Origin: an uncultured virus (IMG/VR IMGVR_UViG_3300048927_000758)
Lineage: Duplodnaviria > Heunggongvirae > Uroviricota > Caudoviricetes
Virus record (IMG/VR): IMGVR_UViG_3300048927_000758
DNA length: 64,000 nucleotides
Strand: one strand, 5' to 3'
The notes beneath the pieces were generated by a model. The model saw only the letters and a list, made by a program, of their open reading frames with translations, was not told where the DNA came from and ran no database searches. Shown here piece after piece: positions 35,801 to 45,760 of the stretch. The translations under genes were made by a program, and so were the position numbers. The number at the start of each line of letters is the position of its first letter. Positions within the stretch are counted from its first letter, which is position 1.

Positions 35801-36151
35801 ATGCGTATATTAATAAAAGAGTTCATCGGCCCAAGATGTATATTGAAAGATGATGGACAAAAACTCTTCGATAAAATTTCTTCGCTGCTAGATAGCAAGA
35901 GTGAAGTTATATTGGATTTCTCCAATGTTAGAATGTTTGCCTCGCCATTTTTTAATTATAGTATAGGCCAGTTGTTTAGTAATTTCTCTGAGAAGGAAAT
36001 ACGAGAATCATTACACCTTGAGAACCTAGAACCTGTTGGGCACTCAATTATTGAACGAGTTATTGAAAATGTAAATAGGTTCAACTCTGATGTAGACTAT
36101 AAGAAAATAGTGGACGAGATTCTTGAACAACAAGCCAAGGAGTCAGACTAA
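35801..36151 (+). CDS. Stand-alone STAS-like protein (DUF4325-like)
   Basis: DGQKLF..I......VILDFSNV..FASPFFN..IGQL pattern. Confidence 0.75.
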   Translation: MRILIKEFIGPRCILKDDGQKLFDKISSLLDSKSEVILDFSNVRMFASPFFNYSIGQLFSNFSEKEIRESLHLENLEPVGHSIIERVIENVNRFNSDVDYKKIVDEILEQQAKESD

Positions 36152-36762
36152 TGGCATTCTCTGGAACAATATTATCTAATGTCATTGATATAAATAATTA
36201 CATCCCGAAAGATAAAGATAATTTCTTTGTGGATACTAATGTATGGTTTTGGCTAACCTACTCCAAAGGAATCCCTCAAGGGAGGTCTTATTTACACATT
36301 TATAATCAATTTATTAACTCAGCTTTGAATAACAATTCTAAACTCTATCATTCTGGGTTAACACTAGCCGAATTAGCTCATATAATAGAAAAATCAGAAA
36401 GAGAAATTCACGGAAAAGTAATTAATAAAACAATATCCACTAAAGATTTCCGTCATTTATTCTCTGTACAAAGACTTGCTGCAATTAAGGAAGTAGAGAC
36501 TTCATGGCTTCAAGTTGAGAGTCTTGCAGAACAAATTGAAATTAATATTTGTGAAAACATTACCGATAATTGTGTAACAAAAATGCCTTCAAATTCATTA
36601 GATGGTTATGATCTCATGATTCACGAGAGCATGCTCAACTCCGGAATATTAAACATAGTTACTGACGACGGGGATTATACCACCGTGCCAGGGATTAACG
36701 TTTATACGTCAAATAAAAACGTACTACTTGCAGCATTGCAACAAAAAAGACTCATCCTTTGA
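36151..36762 (+). CDS. PIN-domain protein (putative RNase)
   Basis: FFVDTNVW, LAEL, DGYD, IVTDDGDY acidic tetrad. Confidence 0.82.
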   Translation: MAFSGTILSNVIDINNYIPKDKDNFFVDTNVWFWLTYSKGIPQGRSYLHIYNQFINSALNNNSKLYHSGLTLAELAHIIEKSEREIHGKVINKTISTKDFRHLFSVQRLAAIKEVETSWLQVESLAEQIEINICENITDNCVTKMPSNSLDGYDLMIHESMLNSGILNIVTDDGDYTTVPGINVYTSNKNVLLAALQQKRLIL

Positions 36763-36919
36763 TGATAGTTTGAAAAGAAGCATTTATAAAATAACTAGAT
36801 TCTTCATACAATTAGGTTTCCTTAAGGGAAAGTATATTTTTTCACTATATGCAAAAAAAATAATTTTAATTCTTTATAATCAACACCTTACAAAATACAA
36901 ACTTTGATCCAATCCCTAG

Positions 36920-37085
36920 AAAACTGAAATTTACTGAAATTCTTTTCAATCTTTTCAGTTTGGGAATGACGGCAAAACCCCAAACACGACGCGGGCTGGC
37001 GGTGTGGTTTGTAGAATTTCAAAACTGAAAAAAAATACTGACGCAAAAAGCGCAGGCGGGTGCGGTGTAGTGCAATTTCTGTCTG
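36920..37085. other. Putative cos/packaging region of prophage 2
   Basis: Repeated CTGAAA/TTTCAG motifs followed by GCGCAGGCGGGTGCGGTGTAGTGC; lies between the tail end and att, as expected for HP1-type phages. Confidence 0.4.
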
Positions 37086-37217
37086 GTCTTGCTTTGTTTC
37101 GTGGGCGCACGGCCGCAGTGGCTCACTCAGGCGGCTTGATCGTTTTGAAAGGGTTCAGGTCGTTGAATGAGATATTGCACGGCACTGCGTGCGATTGAGG
37201 CTGGTTATCTGCGGGCA

Positions 37218-37241
37218 ATAAAAAACCCGCACGCGGCGGGC
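37218..37241 (-). terminator. Intrinsic terminator
   Basis: TAAAAAA-CCCGC-ACGCG-GCGGG. Confidence 0.6.
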
Positions 37242-37248
37242 ATATTAA

Positions 37249-37542
37249 TCATCTTAGATTTGTTAGTTGGGTATAACTTCGCTTTCCTCTCTCGCTTAGA
37301 GACTCAACTATGTATTCATATTCATCATTATAGGAGCCTACTACTTCACCAAGACTACACATTTGATCAAACAGTCGAACTAACTCTAAATCTGAACCAA
37401 TATTTAAATCTGCTCTGGTCAAGGGCTTAGGAACGCTATCATCTCCAATAAGAGTTAACCACTTGAGTAAAGCATTCCTTTGCTTATCATTCTCCAAACG
37501 CTCGGCCTGACATAATGTTGTAGAAGCAATTTTAATGTTCAT
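37249..37542 (-). CDS. Hypothetical AT-rich accessory protein
   Basis: 97 aa ORF with GAGG RBS and downstream terminator. Confidence 0.6.
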   Translation of the reverse strand: MNIKIASTTLCQAERLENDKQRNALLKWLTLIGDDSVPKPLTRADLNIGSDLELVRLFDQMCSLGEVVGSYNDEYEYIVESLSERGKRSYTQLTNLR

Positions 37543-37635
37543 TGTCTAAACCTCAGTAGAGTTGGGTCTCTATTTTAACATGCCTGATTTTTTCGCGTCG
37601 GAACGCAGGCTATTGAAAAATATGCGTTTGTTAAA

Positions 37636-39291
37636 TTAACCAATAACCGGATCGTATTTCTCTTTTAGCGTGGTGGCTTTGGTGCCGGTGTCGGTAATCG
37701 CCAAGGCATTCAGTGGCGTGCCGGTATTGTTGTGAGTGTGCGCGGCCGTCAGCTGCGCCAGCTGTTTCACCACGTCCAGGGTATCAAGCATCAGTTGGCA
37801 GACGTTGATGGACTGGCTGCCAATCCACACCACCGGCGCAATCACTTCCTGGCGGGTGCCTGCTACGCTACTGCGCAACTTACCGACCTTTTCAATCAGT
37901 TGGCCGATCACGTTGGTTTCCGCGTTGCCCTGGATACTGGCCACATAATTGGCCTGGGTGGCCAGGCTGTAATCTCCCTGGGCAATCTGCACAATTGCCC
38001 CAGCCATCAGGGTGGCTTTACCCAGCACCGTGGTTTTGTCCGTGGCTTGTACGGTGGTTTCCCTGGCCACCAGCGTGCGCGTTTCATCATCGGCTGTGAC
38101 AACCCGGCTCATGGACGTTTCACGGATAACCTGATCCGTCTGGCGTTCCCAATCGCCCGCCACCGTCACCCGCTGCGATACACCATCACGCTGCTGTTGC
38201 AGCTGTTCGCCATACTTCACGGCGGGCAGGCTGTTGCCCTGGGCAAGGGTTTGACGCACAAACGGCTTATCGGCGCGACCACCATTAAACCCGACTTCTA
38301 CCAGCGTGCCGGGCGGGGGGAATTGGAACATCCCGGATTCACCGCCCGCCATGGGTAACGGCAGCGGCACGGCCGGATAAAGCGGCGTGTCTTTTGCCGG
38401 ATTGCCGTCTGCGTCTAACAGCTGCAAGTCCACGGCATAACGCGGCCTGAAAGGATCGGCAATGTTCCCGTTGCTGACGTCTTCGCTGGGCGCTTCCACC
38501 CTGGCGAACTGCGGCAGGTGCAAGCCGCTGGCCAGCTCTGGATAATTGCTTTCAACCTGACGTTGAAACGGCGTTTTCTGCAATGCCTGGCCGGTGGCTT
38601 TGTTGCGTGACGTCCAGGTGATTTCCATATCATCATTATACAATCTGACCTTAGTCAAACGCTGACCGTTCACCTCTACACCGGGGCGCAAAGACTGGAT
38701 CAGCGGCACGGTCATGGCATTGCCACCGGCCACGCTTTGGTTAAATTCGGCGGGGATGTCCACCGGCTTACCGGCAAACAGCGCATCAGCGGCCGCACCG
38801 ACAAAAACGCCACCGTCGGGCAGCTGATACCACACGTAATCGGTAATGCTGAACGCTTTCCCCAGGTTGGCTAACAGCTGATAGCCGGTGCCGGAATGGG
38901 TGAAATGGGGGATCGGCGTGTCGTTATATACTGCACTTTCAGCCAGGGAAAACGTCAATCCGCTTTCCTCGGTCAGCCAGCCGGTGATTTGTCGCAGCGT
39001 GGGATGCTGAAAAGAGCACGGCCATAGACGCTCAAACACCCCGACCAGCTCCCGCACAAAAAGCCGCTGATAGCCATTTTCCGCAGGCTGCGAACGTTCA
39101 ACAAAACCGGTAAACCAGCGCAACACCAGATCGTGATACCCCACGTCCAGGCGCACCAGTTTGCCGGTGTAATCTTCATCCGTCTGCGCGGTGATAAATC
39201 CCCGACCGCAGGCGCTTAACTCTAACGCCAGATTGGCGTCCACCAGGTGCGTAGCCGCGTTCGACAAATACAACCGCTTAATGGGTTTCAT
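37636..39291 (-). CDS. Baseplate hub plus spike protein (HP1-type terminal tail gene)
   Basis: 551 aa; DPFRPRYAVD.QLLD motif, beta-helix-like C-terminus ending in an HTH metal tip; last tail gene. Confidence 0.7.
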   Translation of the reverse strand: MKPIKRLYLSNAATHLVDANLALELSACGRGFITAQTDEDYTGKLVRLDVGYHDLVLRWFTGFVERSQPAENGYQRLFVRELVGVFERLWPCSFQHPTLRQITGWLTEESGLTFSLAESAVYNDTPIPHFTHSGTGYQLLANLGKAFSITDYVWYQLPDGGVFVGAAADALFAGKPVDIPAEFNQSVAGGNAMTVPLIQSLRPGVEVNGQRLTKVRLYNDDMEITWTSRNKATGQALQKTPFQRQVESNYPELASGLHLPQFARVEAPSEDVSNGNIADPFRPRYAVDLQLLDADGNPAKDTPLYPAVPLPLPMAGGESGMFQFPPPGTLVEVGFNGGRADKPFVRQTLAQGNSLPAVKYGEQLQQQRDGVSQRVTVAGDWERQTDQVIRETSMSRVVTADDETRTLVARETTVQATDKTTVLGKATLMAGAIVQIAQGDYSLATQANYVASIQGNAETNVIGQLIEKVGKLRSSVAGTRQEVIAPVVWIGSQSINVCQLMLDTLDVVKQLAQLTAAHTHNNTGTPLNALAITDTGTKATTLKEKYDPVIG

Positions 39292-39294
39292 CCC

Positions 39295-39834
39295 TTACCC
39301 CAATGCATCATTGACCGGTTTCAGCACTTTGCGCTCAAACCACGTCAGTTTTTCGTCACTCTCGGCCGCTGCGTTGCCACTTCCATTGGCACCGCCCGCC
39401 CCCTGTTTTGTTGCCGCCGTTTTGCTGCCTGCGCGGGCTTCTTTTTTCTCTGCCACGCTGATTTTTTCACGCAGGGTGAACGTGACCAGCCAGGCCATTT
39501 TATTATCCTGCTGCGGCGCATCAATCGCCCCGGTGAACGTCCCTTCACGAAAGTTGATCGCCTGGGCGGTCAGATTGGCTACCCGGTAAACCTGCAACGA
39601 ACCGCTGGCAGATTTGGCCTCCGCCAGCTCAAACAGCCGCTTTAACGTGGCCACATTCCGAAAGGATACCGTCCCGGATACGCGCAGTTCTTTGGCCTTA
39701 ATCCCCTGCTCTGCATTGGCCGTGCTCGATGACTGCCCGGACTGGTCTTTTTCCGCAAACTGCATGGTTGGCGTGACTTTCAGATTCATCAGCGGGATGG
39801 CTTCGCCATTAAGTGCCAGTGTGGTTATCGTCAT
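39295..39834 (-). CDS. HP1-type baseplate/tail protein
   Basis: DQSGQSSST..AEQGIKAKEL.V.G motif; synteny. Confidence 0.65.
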   Translation of the reverse strand: MTITTLALNGEAIPLMNLKVTPTMQFAEKDQSGQSSSTANAEQGIKAKELRVSGTVSFRNVATLKRLFELAEAKSASGSLQVYRVANLTAQAINFREGTFTGAIDAPQQDNKMAWLVTFTLREKISVAEKKEARAGSKTAATKQGAGGANGSGNAAAESDEKLTWFERKVLKPVNDALG

Positions 39835-40531
39835 GGATCATCGCCTCCAACGTTGATAAATCCGCCCCGCTAAATAACGTGGCCAGGGTATACACCGAAT
39901 CCTGGTTCGGGATGTTTTTGCGCAGCTCTCCGGCCAGGTATGCGCCGTTCCCTTTGGCCGTAAACACCCACGCCGGGGACGTTTTGCCTTTCAGGGCGGT
40001 TAACGCATCAGCCGCCGCCGTCAGGGCAGATCCCCGCGCCGCGGTGAAGTCTTTCAGCGCAGACAACAATCCGGCAGCACTGGCACCGGCCGCCGCGTCC
40101 ACCTTAGCGGCCGCAATACGCTGGGCATTCACCGCCAGGCGATTGGTGGCCGTAGAAAGCGGCAGCGCCGCAGGCAAACCGCCAGATAACCTGGCGGGGA
40201 TTTGCATTTTAGTGATGGCAAGTGCGGCCGCTTCCTCTGCCCGGCGTTTTACCTGGGCAATCACCGGCAGCGGCAGCACGCCGGAATAATCAGACAGCAA
40301 TCCCATAAATTCTGTGTGCGTGGGGGCATTGAGCATATGCACCACAATACTGGTTTCGTCATTGACGCTTTCCAGCTTTTTGGCCAGGTATTCCGTGGCG
40401 TTAACCGGGCTTAAATAACTGCTATCACCCGCCGCCTGGCCAACGTCGTAAACCCACGGATGAACCGGCAGCACCGAACAGGTTAATGCGCGCATATCTG
40501 CCGGGATGCTTAACGTTGCCTTACGCCACAT
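39809..40531 (-). CDS. HP1-type tail-region protein
   Basis: Start trimmed to MWRKATL; VHPW...YLSPVNA motif; synteny. Confidence 0.6.
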   Translation of the reverse strand: MWRKATLSIPADMRALTCSVLPVHPWVYDVGQAAGDSSYLSPVNATEYLAKKLESVNDETSIVVHMLNAPTHTEFMGLLSDYSGVLPLPVIAQVKRRAEEAAALAITKMQIPARLSGGLPAALPLSTATNRLAVNAQRIAAAKVDAAAGASAAGLLSALKDFTAARGSALTAAADALTALKGKTSPAWVFTAKGNGAYLAGELRKNIPNQDSVYTLATLFSGADLSTLEAMIHDDNHTGT

Positions 40532-40955
40532 TTTCCGGCACCTCCGGCCAGGTGATTTCCGGCACAGCCGTTGTATCAACCCGGTTCAGTAAAACCCTGT
40601 ATGTCTTCCATGCCGTCAGACTGGCGGTTTCCGCCTCGGTGGCAATGCCCAGATCAACAGCATCCTGCAAAACAGAAAGGGTATTAACCGCAACCTGCAT
40701 CCGCCTTTGCTTTTCACTTAACGCCAAATCTTGCAATTCTGCGGCCGTCGCCTCTGGGGCATTCGCCCAATAAGGCATCCCCGCCTTATTGGGCATTCTG
40801 ATTTTTCCATCAGGGATCGGGTTAACACCAAATTTTTGATAGGTCGCATCCGTGACGGCTTTTGCATCCTCCGGCCACGTTCCTGCCTCCTCATAAACCG
40901 CTTTCAGAGGTTCCGGGTAAAACGCATTAGTGACTGCACTGTAGAAATAATTCAT
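40521..40955 (-). CDS. Tail fibre assembly chaperone (Tfa family)
   Basis: LQDAVDLGIATEAE...WKTYRVLLNRVD...WPEVP. Confidence 0.9.
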   Translation of the reverse strand: MNYFYSAVTNAFYPEPLKAVYEEAGTWPEDAKAVTDATYQKFGVNPIPDGKIRMPNKAGMPYWANAPEATAAELQDLALSEKQRRMQVAVNTLSVLQDAVDLGIATEAETASLTAWKTYRVLLNRVDTTAVPEITWPEVPENVA

Positions 40956-40967
40956 CTTGATAGTCCC

Positions 40968-43661
40968 TTACCAGCCGGTGGCTTCCCAATAACTGCCGCC
41001 GCTGTCCTGGCCACAGGTGAAACCGATGTTATTAATAATTTGCGCCGTACCAAAGTTGTCGTTGAACGTCCCGCCGCCGCCATTGATGGCGGTCACCTGA
41101 ACGTTGACGCAGGCGCTCGGGAAGGGAATGGGAAAGTTCACCGTTGACCAGCCTCGACTCCCTTTGTTGACGACGCCCCACTGCTTAATCATTCCCGTGT
41201 CACCGCATCGCCACCAGCCGCCGCCGAGATTGGCGGTATTGGAATTGACCGGCTGCCGGTTATTGGGGCTGAAAACACGCTGCCCCATCTCATAAATCCC
41301 GCCGCCTTCGGCGGAAATACTCCCCTGTGTCGCCAGGTCACCGGTGCCGGTAAATCTGACAAAGCCCGTTTGTACGGAATTCGCCTGATTAACGGTGCGG
41401 AAAAGAAAACCACCCACGCCGCCACCTCTGTTGTTCACAAAGTCGGATTCGCCCTGGCCGCCGCTTTCGTTCCAGCCTAAATAGGTCCCTTGCCCGTCGC
41501 CAGGGTGCGGGATGGTTATCGCACGGAGATAATTCGCCGTGACGCGACCGTTCACATCACCGCCCACGCGCGGAAATGCGCCCACATCATCCGCATTCAG
41601 CCCGATATCTTTGGTGCCATCAAACGCCACACCGGCAATTTTGCGGGCGGTGGCGAGTTTGGTCGCTGCGACTGCCGTCCCACCTGCGGGTAATGCGCCC
41701 ACGTCTGCCGGTGTCGGTTTGTTCGCCTGGCAATAAATTTCATTCCAGGCCGTCCAGGGACCATCGACGCCGTTCCACGCCCCCGACGCGCCTCGGGTAA
41801 ACTGTCGGCCGTTATTGTTAAAGGCAATTTGCTGCGTCGCATTCGGCCCCCAGGTCACGAAAATCACGCCGACAAAACCGTTCATCGGATAGCCTTTATC
41901 CGTGGTCGCGGCGGCGGCACCTGGCACGCCGTAATGCCCGAACATGGCTGAGCCACGCAATGTATTAGGTGAATCTGTGGCGGTTAAATTGGCGCGGATT
42001 TTAAAAGCTGTGCCAATCTCATCCGCCAGCGCCTTTTCACTGGCGGCGCTTTGCGCGGCCGTCCACGCGCCCACGTCGGCGGCGGTGGGTTTGTTATTCG
42101 CGCTGTACGTTGGCACCCAATCTTTCCAGGGACCATCCACGCCGTTCCAGTCACCGGACAACCCGCGATTCCAGATATTGCCGGTGAACGTGATGTACAT
42201 CTGCTGGCAACCGTAAGCACTCGGCGTGACATACAGCGTGCCTGCGATGCCTTGCGGATAGTGCAACGCCGCCGTGGCGTTGGCATTTTTAGGCTGCGCG
42301 TACAGGGCGGCGCTTCCGGCTCCGCTGGCAAAGCCCAGGGTATTAATATCCGTGGTTGTCAGGAAGGCCGAAGGCACCGTGACGGAATTCACCGCGCTGG
42401 CCTGCACCCAGTCACGCCAGGGGCCATCTGTACCATTCCAGGACGCATTCAGCGCACGCGTCCACACCATGCCGGTATTTTGCACGGTGTAACGCTGCAA
42501 AACGCCGCCCGTCCAGGAGGCGGGGATCACTTCCAGCACGCCCGCCGCCTGTGCGCCTGGCGGGTAGCCATTGGCTACCGTGGCATTCGCGCCGGTGCTC
42601 TGCACGTAAACCCCGATTTTTGCCAGATTCAGCGTGTTGATATTGATTGTGCCGAGCACACCAGGGATGACGGGTAACGCCCCCACGTCTGCGGCTGTCA
42701 GGTCGAAATCATCAGACAAGGCTTTTTTGTTGATTTTGCGTGTTTTCGGCACACCGTTCAGCGTGTTGAGTGCGGCCTCTGGATCAGAAATATCGGTGAG
42801 ATTTTTATCTCTGCGCAGATACTGGCTACTGCCCTGCGGGCGCAAATCCGTGATCACGCCGTTGGCGTCAATGCTGGCCAGGGCAAACACGTAGTGCGCA
42901 ATGCCGCTCTGAACGTAATCTTTCAGCGCCGTGGCCAGGGTAAATTTGATATCCGTTTTATATTCGCTGGTCAGCGTGCCGTGATAGCTCACGTCTGCCC
43001 ACACCTTCATTGGCTTGGTGGTCACGGTGATATTGGTTTTCGCCGCGAGGTTGGCACGCAGCCCGCCCACGTAGCCCAGCCCCGCCGTCACGTAATATTG
43101 CGTGCCGGTTTTTGCCACTAAAAAGCCGTTATCGAAAAATGCCCCGGCGCCGTAAATATCCAGATTAGCCAGACGCAGGGATTCATCCATGCCCGCCAGG
43201 CGTGCCGTGAAATCAATCTGCCAGCTTTCGGCCGGGGTGCTGATCAACGTCTGGGCTTCCGCGCCGTTGTACTCCATCAGGAAAGAACGGGTTAATACGT
43301 TGCCCTGCTGACCGTTGGCATTCTTCACTTTGCTCTGTAGCGGCGCATGTACCACCATGGCCAGCTTTCCGGTGGCCTTATTGATAAGCCCGATCCAGTT
43401 AAACGCGAAATCGCCCACATCTGCGCCCAGCGTCACCGAATACACCACGGCGTTCTGATTGACCAGACCGGTTTTTTCAACCGCCTGGCGATACACAATC
43501 TGCGCCGCTGGCGGGACAACTTCGGCGCGGTTAATCGGCGCGTTGACGTCCAGCCCTGGCACGTTGGCAAAAACAAATTCATCCAGGACAACCGCCTGGC
43601 CATTGGCGGCCTGTGCGGCTTTCCATTGTTCAAAGGCTGTCGTAATCACGGTTTGTGACAT
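40968..43661 (-). CDS. Tail fibre protein
   Basis: HP1-type N-terminus (NAVVYSVTL..DVGDF.FNWIGL...WQIDFTARL.GMDE); C-terminal two-thirds near-identical to 8137-10632. Confidence 0.92.
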   Translation of the reverse strand: MSQTVITTAFEQWKAAQAANGQAVVLDEFVFANVPGLDVNAPINRAEVVPPAAQIVYRQAVEKTGLVNQNAVVYSVTLGADVGDFAFNWIGLINKATGKLAMVVHAPLQSKVKNANGQQGNVLTRSFLMEYNGAEAQTLISTPAESWQIDFTARLAGMDESLRLANLDIYGAGAFFDNGFLVAKTGTQYYVTAGLGYVGGLRANLAAKTNITVTTKPMKVWADVSYHGTLTSEYKTDIKFTLATALKDYVQSGIAHYVFALASIDANGVITDLRPQGSSQYLRRDKNLTDISDPEAALNTLNGVPKTRKINKKALSDDFDLTAADVGALPVIPGVLGTININTLNLAKIGVYVQSTGANATVANGYPPGAQAAGVLEVIPASWTGGVLQRYTVQNTGMVWTRALNASWNGTDGPWRDWVQASAVNSVTVPSAFLTTTDINTLGFASGAGSAALYAQPKNANATAALHYPQGIAGTLYVTPSAYGCQQMYITFTGNIWNRGLSGDWNGVDGPWKDWVPTYSANNKPTAADVGAWTAAQSAASEKALADEIGTAFKIRANLTATDSPNTLRGSAMFGHYGVPGAAAATTDKGYPMNGFVGVIFVTWGPNATQQIAFNNNGRQFTRGASGAWNGVDGPWTAWNEIYCQANKPTPADVGALPAGGTAVAATKLATARKIAGVAFDGTKDIGLNADDVGAFPRVGGDVNGRVTANYLRAITIPHPGDGQGTYLGWNESGGQGESDFVNNRGGGVGGFLFRTVNQANSVQTGFVRFTGTGDLATQGSISAEGGGIYEMGQRVFSPNNRQPVNSNTANLGGGWWRCGDTGMIKQWGVVNKGSRGWSTVNFPIPFPSACVNVQVTAINGGGGTFNDNFGTAQIINNIGFTCGQDSGGSYWEATGW

Positions 43662-43670
43662 GTTATTTCC

Positions 43671-44258
43671 TTATAACGTTGCGCCAAAAGTGGCGGTTCC
43701 TGTTTCACTCACGCCCAGGGTGGCGGGATAGCACACGTATTCGCCCTGGTTCCATCCGGCGCGGATACGCAGCCTGGACGTGGTGATCACTTCAAACTGA
43801 TAACGGCGGCATGTGCGGCCGTACTGGCGGATAATCTGCAACAGCAAATCTGCGTTGTCTGAAATCTGGCTATCGGATACACGAACAATGATTACATCCC
43901 AATCAATGCCCGCCTGGCGTTCCAGCAATTCAACGTAGCCAATCCCCAGGCGTTCAAATATGGCAATAAACCCGGAAACTGAACCCGCGTCCTGTGCATT
44001 GACGAATGCATAAGCCACGCGCTTGCGAAACAGTGACAGCGGTTCACCGTTAAACCGGGCAATGTCACGGTCATAGGCCAGAAGATTTAACAGCGGCTCG
44101 GCACAGGTCAGCGGATCAAACTGCTGTAGTGGCCAGGTCACCCACGCCACAATCCCCGCCCAGAACTTGACGGCGGCTTTCAGCAATTTGGCCGGTTCGC
44201 CCCGGTTCATCCAGGACGGCAATTTCAGGCTTTTCATTTTTGCGGCGAAATCAGGCAC
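43671..44258 (-). CDS. gpI-like baseplate protein
   Basis: WPLQQFDPLTC...LLAYDRDI.RF...YGRTCRRY; between J-like and fibre genes. Confidence 0.8.
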   Translation of the reverse strand: MPDFAAKMKSLKLPSWMNRGEPAKLLKAAVKFWAGIVAWVTWPLQQFDPLTCAEPLLNLLAYDRDIARFNGEPLSLFRKRVAYAFVNAQDAGSVSGFIAIFERLGIGYVELLERQAGIDWDVIIVRVSDSQISDNADLLLQIIRQYGRTCRRYQFEVITTSRLRIRAGWNQGEYVCYPATLGVSETGTATFGATL

Positions 44259-45435
44259 CTTTCACCTCCACTTTCAGACTGGCCAGACGCGGCACGCTCA
44301 GTTCGCTGACGATATCGCCTGAGGAAAACACCAGGGATTCGACCGCATCAAACTGTTTATGCAGCTCCCTGGCCAGGTTCGAAAATGAGAAACGCGAATA
44401 TGGCCAGGTGCGCTTTACGTCGTATTCCGCGTTTTGCCGGAAGGCGCTACGGATAAGATTACTGACACCGGAAATCAGCGCGGCTTTTTCCTCCGCCGTC
44501 ATGTTGTCCGGGTTATTCACATACAGCGTGACCGTTAAATTGTGCTGCGTCTCCGGCATGGCCATGCACTGCAAATCATCGCCGTGGCCGTGATGCCCCT
44601 GCGTACTGATGTAGTCATTCACCGCATCAATAAACGGCTGGGACGTTTCGCCACTGTCTAACAACAAATAGGCATTGGCCGTACCGGCACCACGCGGGGC
44701 GTCATGCACAAAGAAAATGCGATCAACGCTTAACCCCACCACGCCCGCAATCATGCTGCGATACACCGCATCGGTGTGGTAGTTGCCTACCAGGTTGAAC
44801 TGATTGCGGCACCTGTCCCGTAAATCATCGTCGGATTCTTCATCCGCGCCGGGCGTTAACAGCCAGTCATCCTCGTTAACGGCTTTACTGATGCCCGTCA
44901 CCGCTACCGGCAAAATGCGGTAATAACCCGGTGCCAGGTTGTAGGCGTTCCCGGCCGCCATCGCCGTGACCGGGATCAGCGCACTGGCCGCGCCCGCCGC
45001 CAGCGTCGTATCTGCATCCACCACCACCGCATACGTCACGCCGTTAATGCGTTCCGTCTGGATAACGGTTCCTGCCGGGACGGTCACCGGCTGACTGGCG
45101 TTTTCCTTGTAAAAACGGATCACTCCTTTAGCCGCACTGGCCGGTTTCGCCGTGAGGTTCACCCCCCAGGCCAGCATCCGCAGCATGGCACCGCTGGCCG
45201 TGGCCAGGTACATATTGGCCAGCACCGTATTGACCAGCACGTCTTTGATCCACAGCACCGGCGTGGTCACAATGGCGGTAATGAGCCGCCAGAACGGTGA
45301 CATGCGGGAGGTGTTTGTGATCATCCCTTCCGCTTTCACAATCGCCGTAAACTGCTGACCGATTTCCTCCTGAGTGACCGGCATCCCGCTTTCTTTGAGT
45401 ACCGCCTCAAAATCAATGGTAGGTTTTTCACTCAT
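44251..45435 (-). CDS. Baseplate J/gp47-family protein
   Basis: MSPFWRL...PGADEESDDDLRDR...PRGAGTAN. Confidence 0.87.
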   Translation of the reverse strand: MSEKPTIDFEAVLKESGMPVTQEEIGQQFTAIVKAEGMITNTSRMSPFWRLITAIVTTPVLWIKDVLVNTVLANMYLATASGAMLRMLAWGVNLTAKPASAAKGVIRFYKENASQPVTVPAGTVIQTERINGVTYAVVVDADTTLAAGAASALIPVTAMAAGNAYNLAPGYYRILPVAVTGISKAVNEDDWLLTPGADEESDDDLRDRCRNQFNLVGNYHTDAVYRSMIAGVVGLSVDRIFFVHDAPRGAGTANAYLLLDSGETSQPFIDAVNDYISTQGHHGHGDDLQCMAMPETQHNLTVTLYVNNPDNMTAEEKAALISGVSNLIRSAFRQNAEYDVKRTWPYSRFSFSNLARELHKQFDAVESLVFSSGDIVSELSVPRLASLKVEVKGA

Positions 45436-45760
45436 AATTCACCCCGGCGTCAATCTTGCCGAAATCATAGGTTTCTGCCGTTGCCCACAGGCGTTTTGCG
45501 GATTCCTCCGTAATATTCACCGTGCCAGGAATAATGCGTTCATCACTTTCAATTAATAAAACCATTTGGGTGATCACATCGGCGCGTAGTGTCGGGCTGC
45601 GCTCTGCCACTAATAACGTGGTTAACCCGCTTTCAATAATGGCGTGGACAATATCCTGTGCAATGCTGATACGGTTATTACACAAGCCCGGTTCATTACC
45701 TGTGTTCAGCGTGAAATCACGCCCGGTAATAAGGAGATCGACATACAGCAAATCCGTCAT
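45428..45760 (-). CDS. DUF2590/gpW-like baseplate protein
   Basis: SIAQDIVHAIIESGL...DERIIPGT...AETYDFG; start trimmed. Confidence 0.75.
   Translation of the reverse strand: MTDLLYVDLLITGRDFTLNTGNEPGLCNNRISIAQDIVHAIIESGLTTLLVAERSPTLRADVITQMVLLIESDERIIPGTVNITEESAKRLWATAETYDFGKIDAGVNYE

Noticed and set aside
36151..36762. Ordinary VapBC toxin-antitoxin pair
   Set aside because: The upstream gene is STAS-like with no RHH/AbrB/Phd DNA-binding pattern, and the PIN protein is longer than typical VapC.
8137..43661. Invertible tail-fibre switch or diversity-generating retroelement
   Set aside because: The copies are in direct orientation in two complete genes; no invertase or reverse transcriptase ORF; differences are not adenine-specific by eye.
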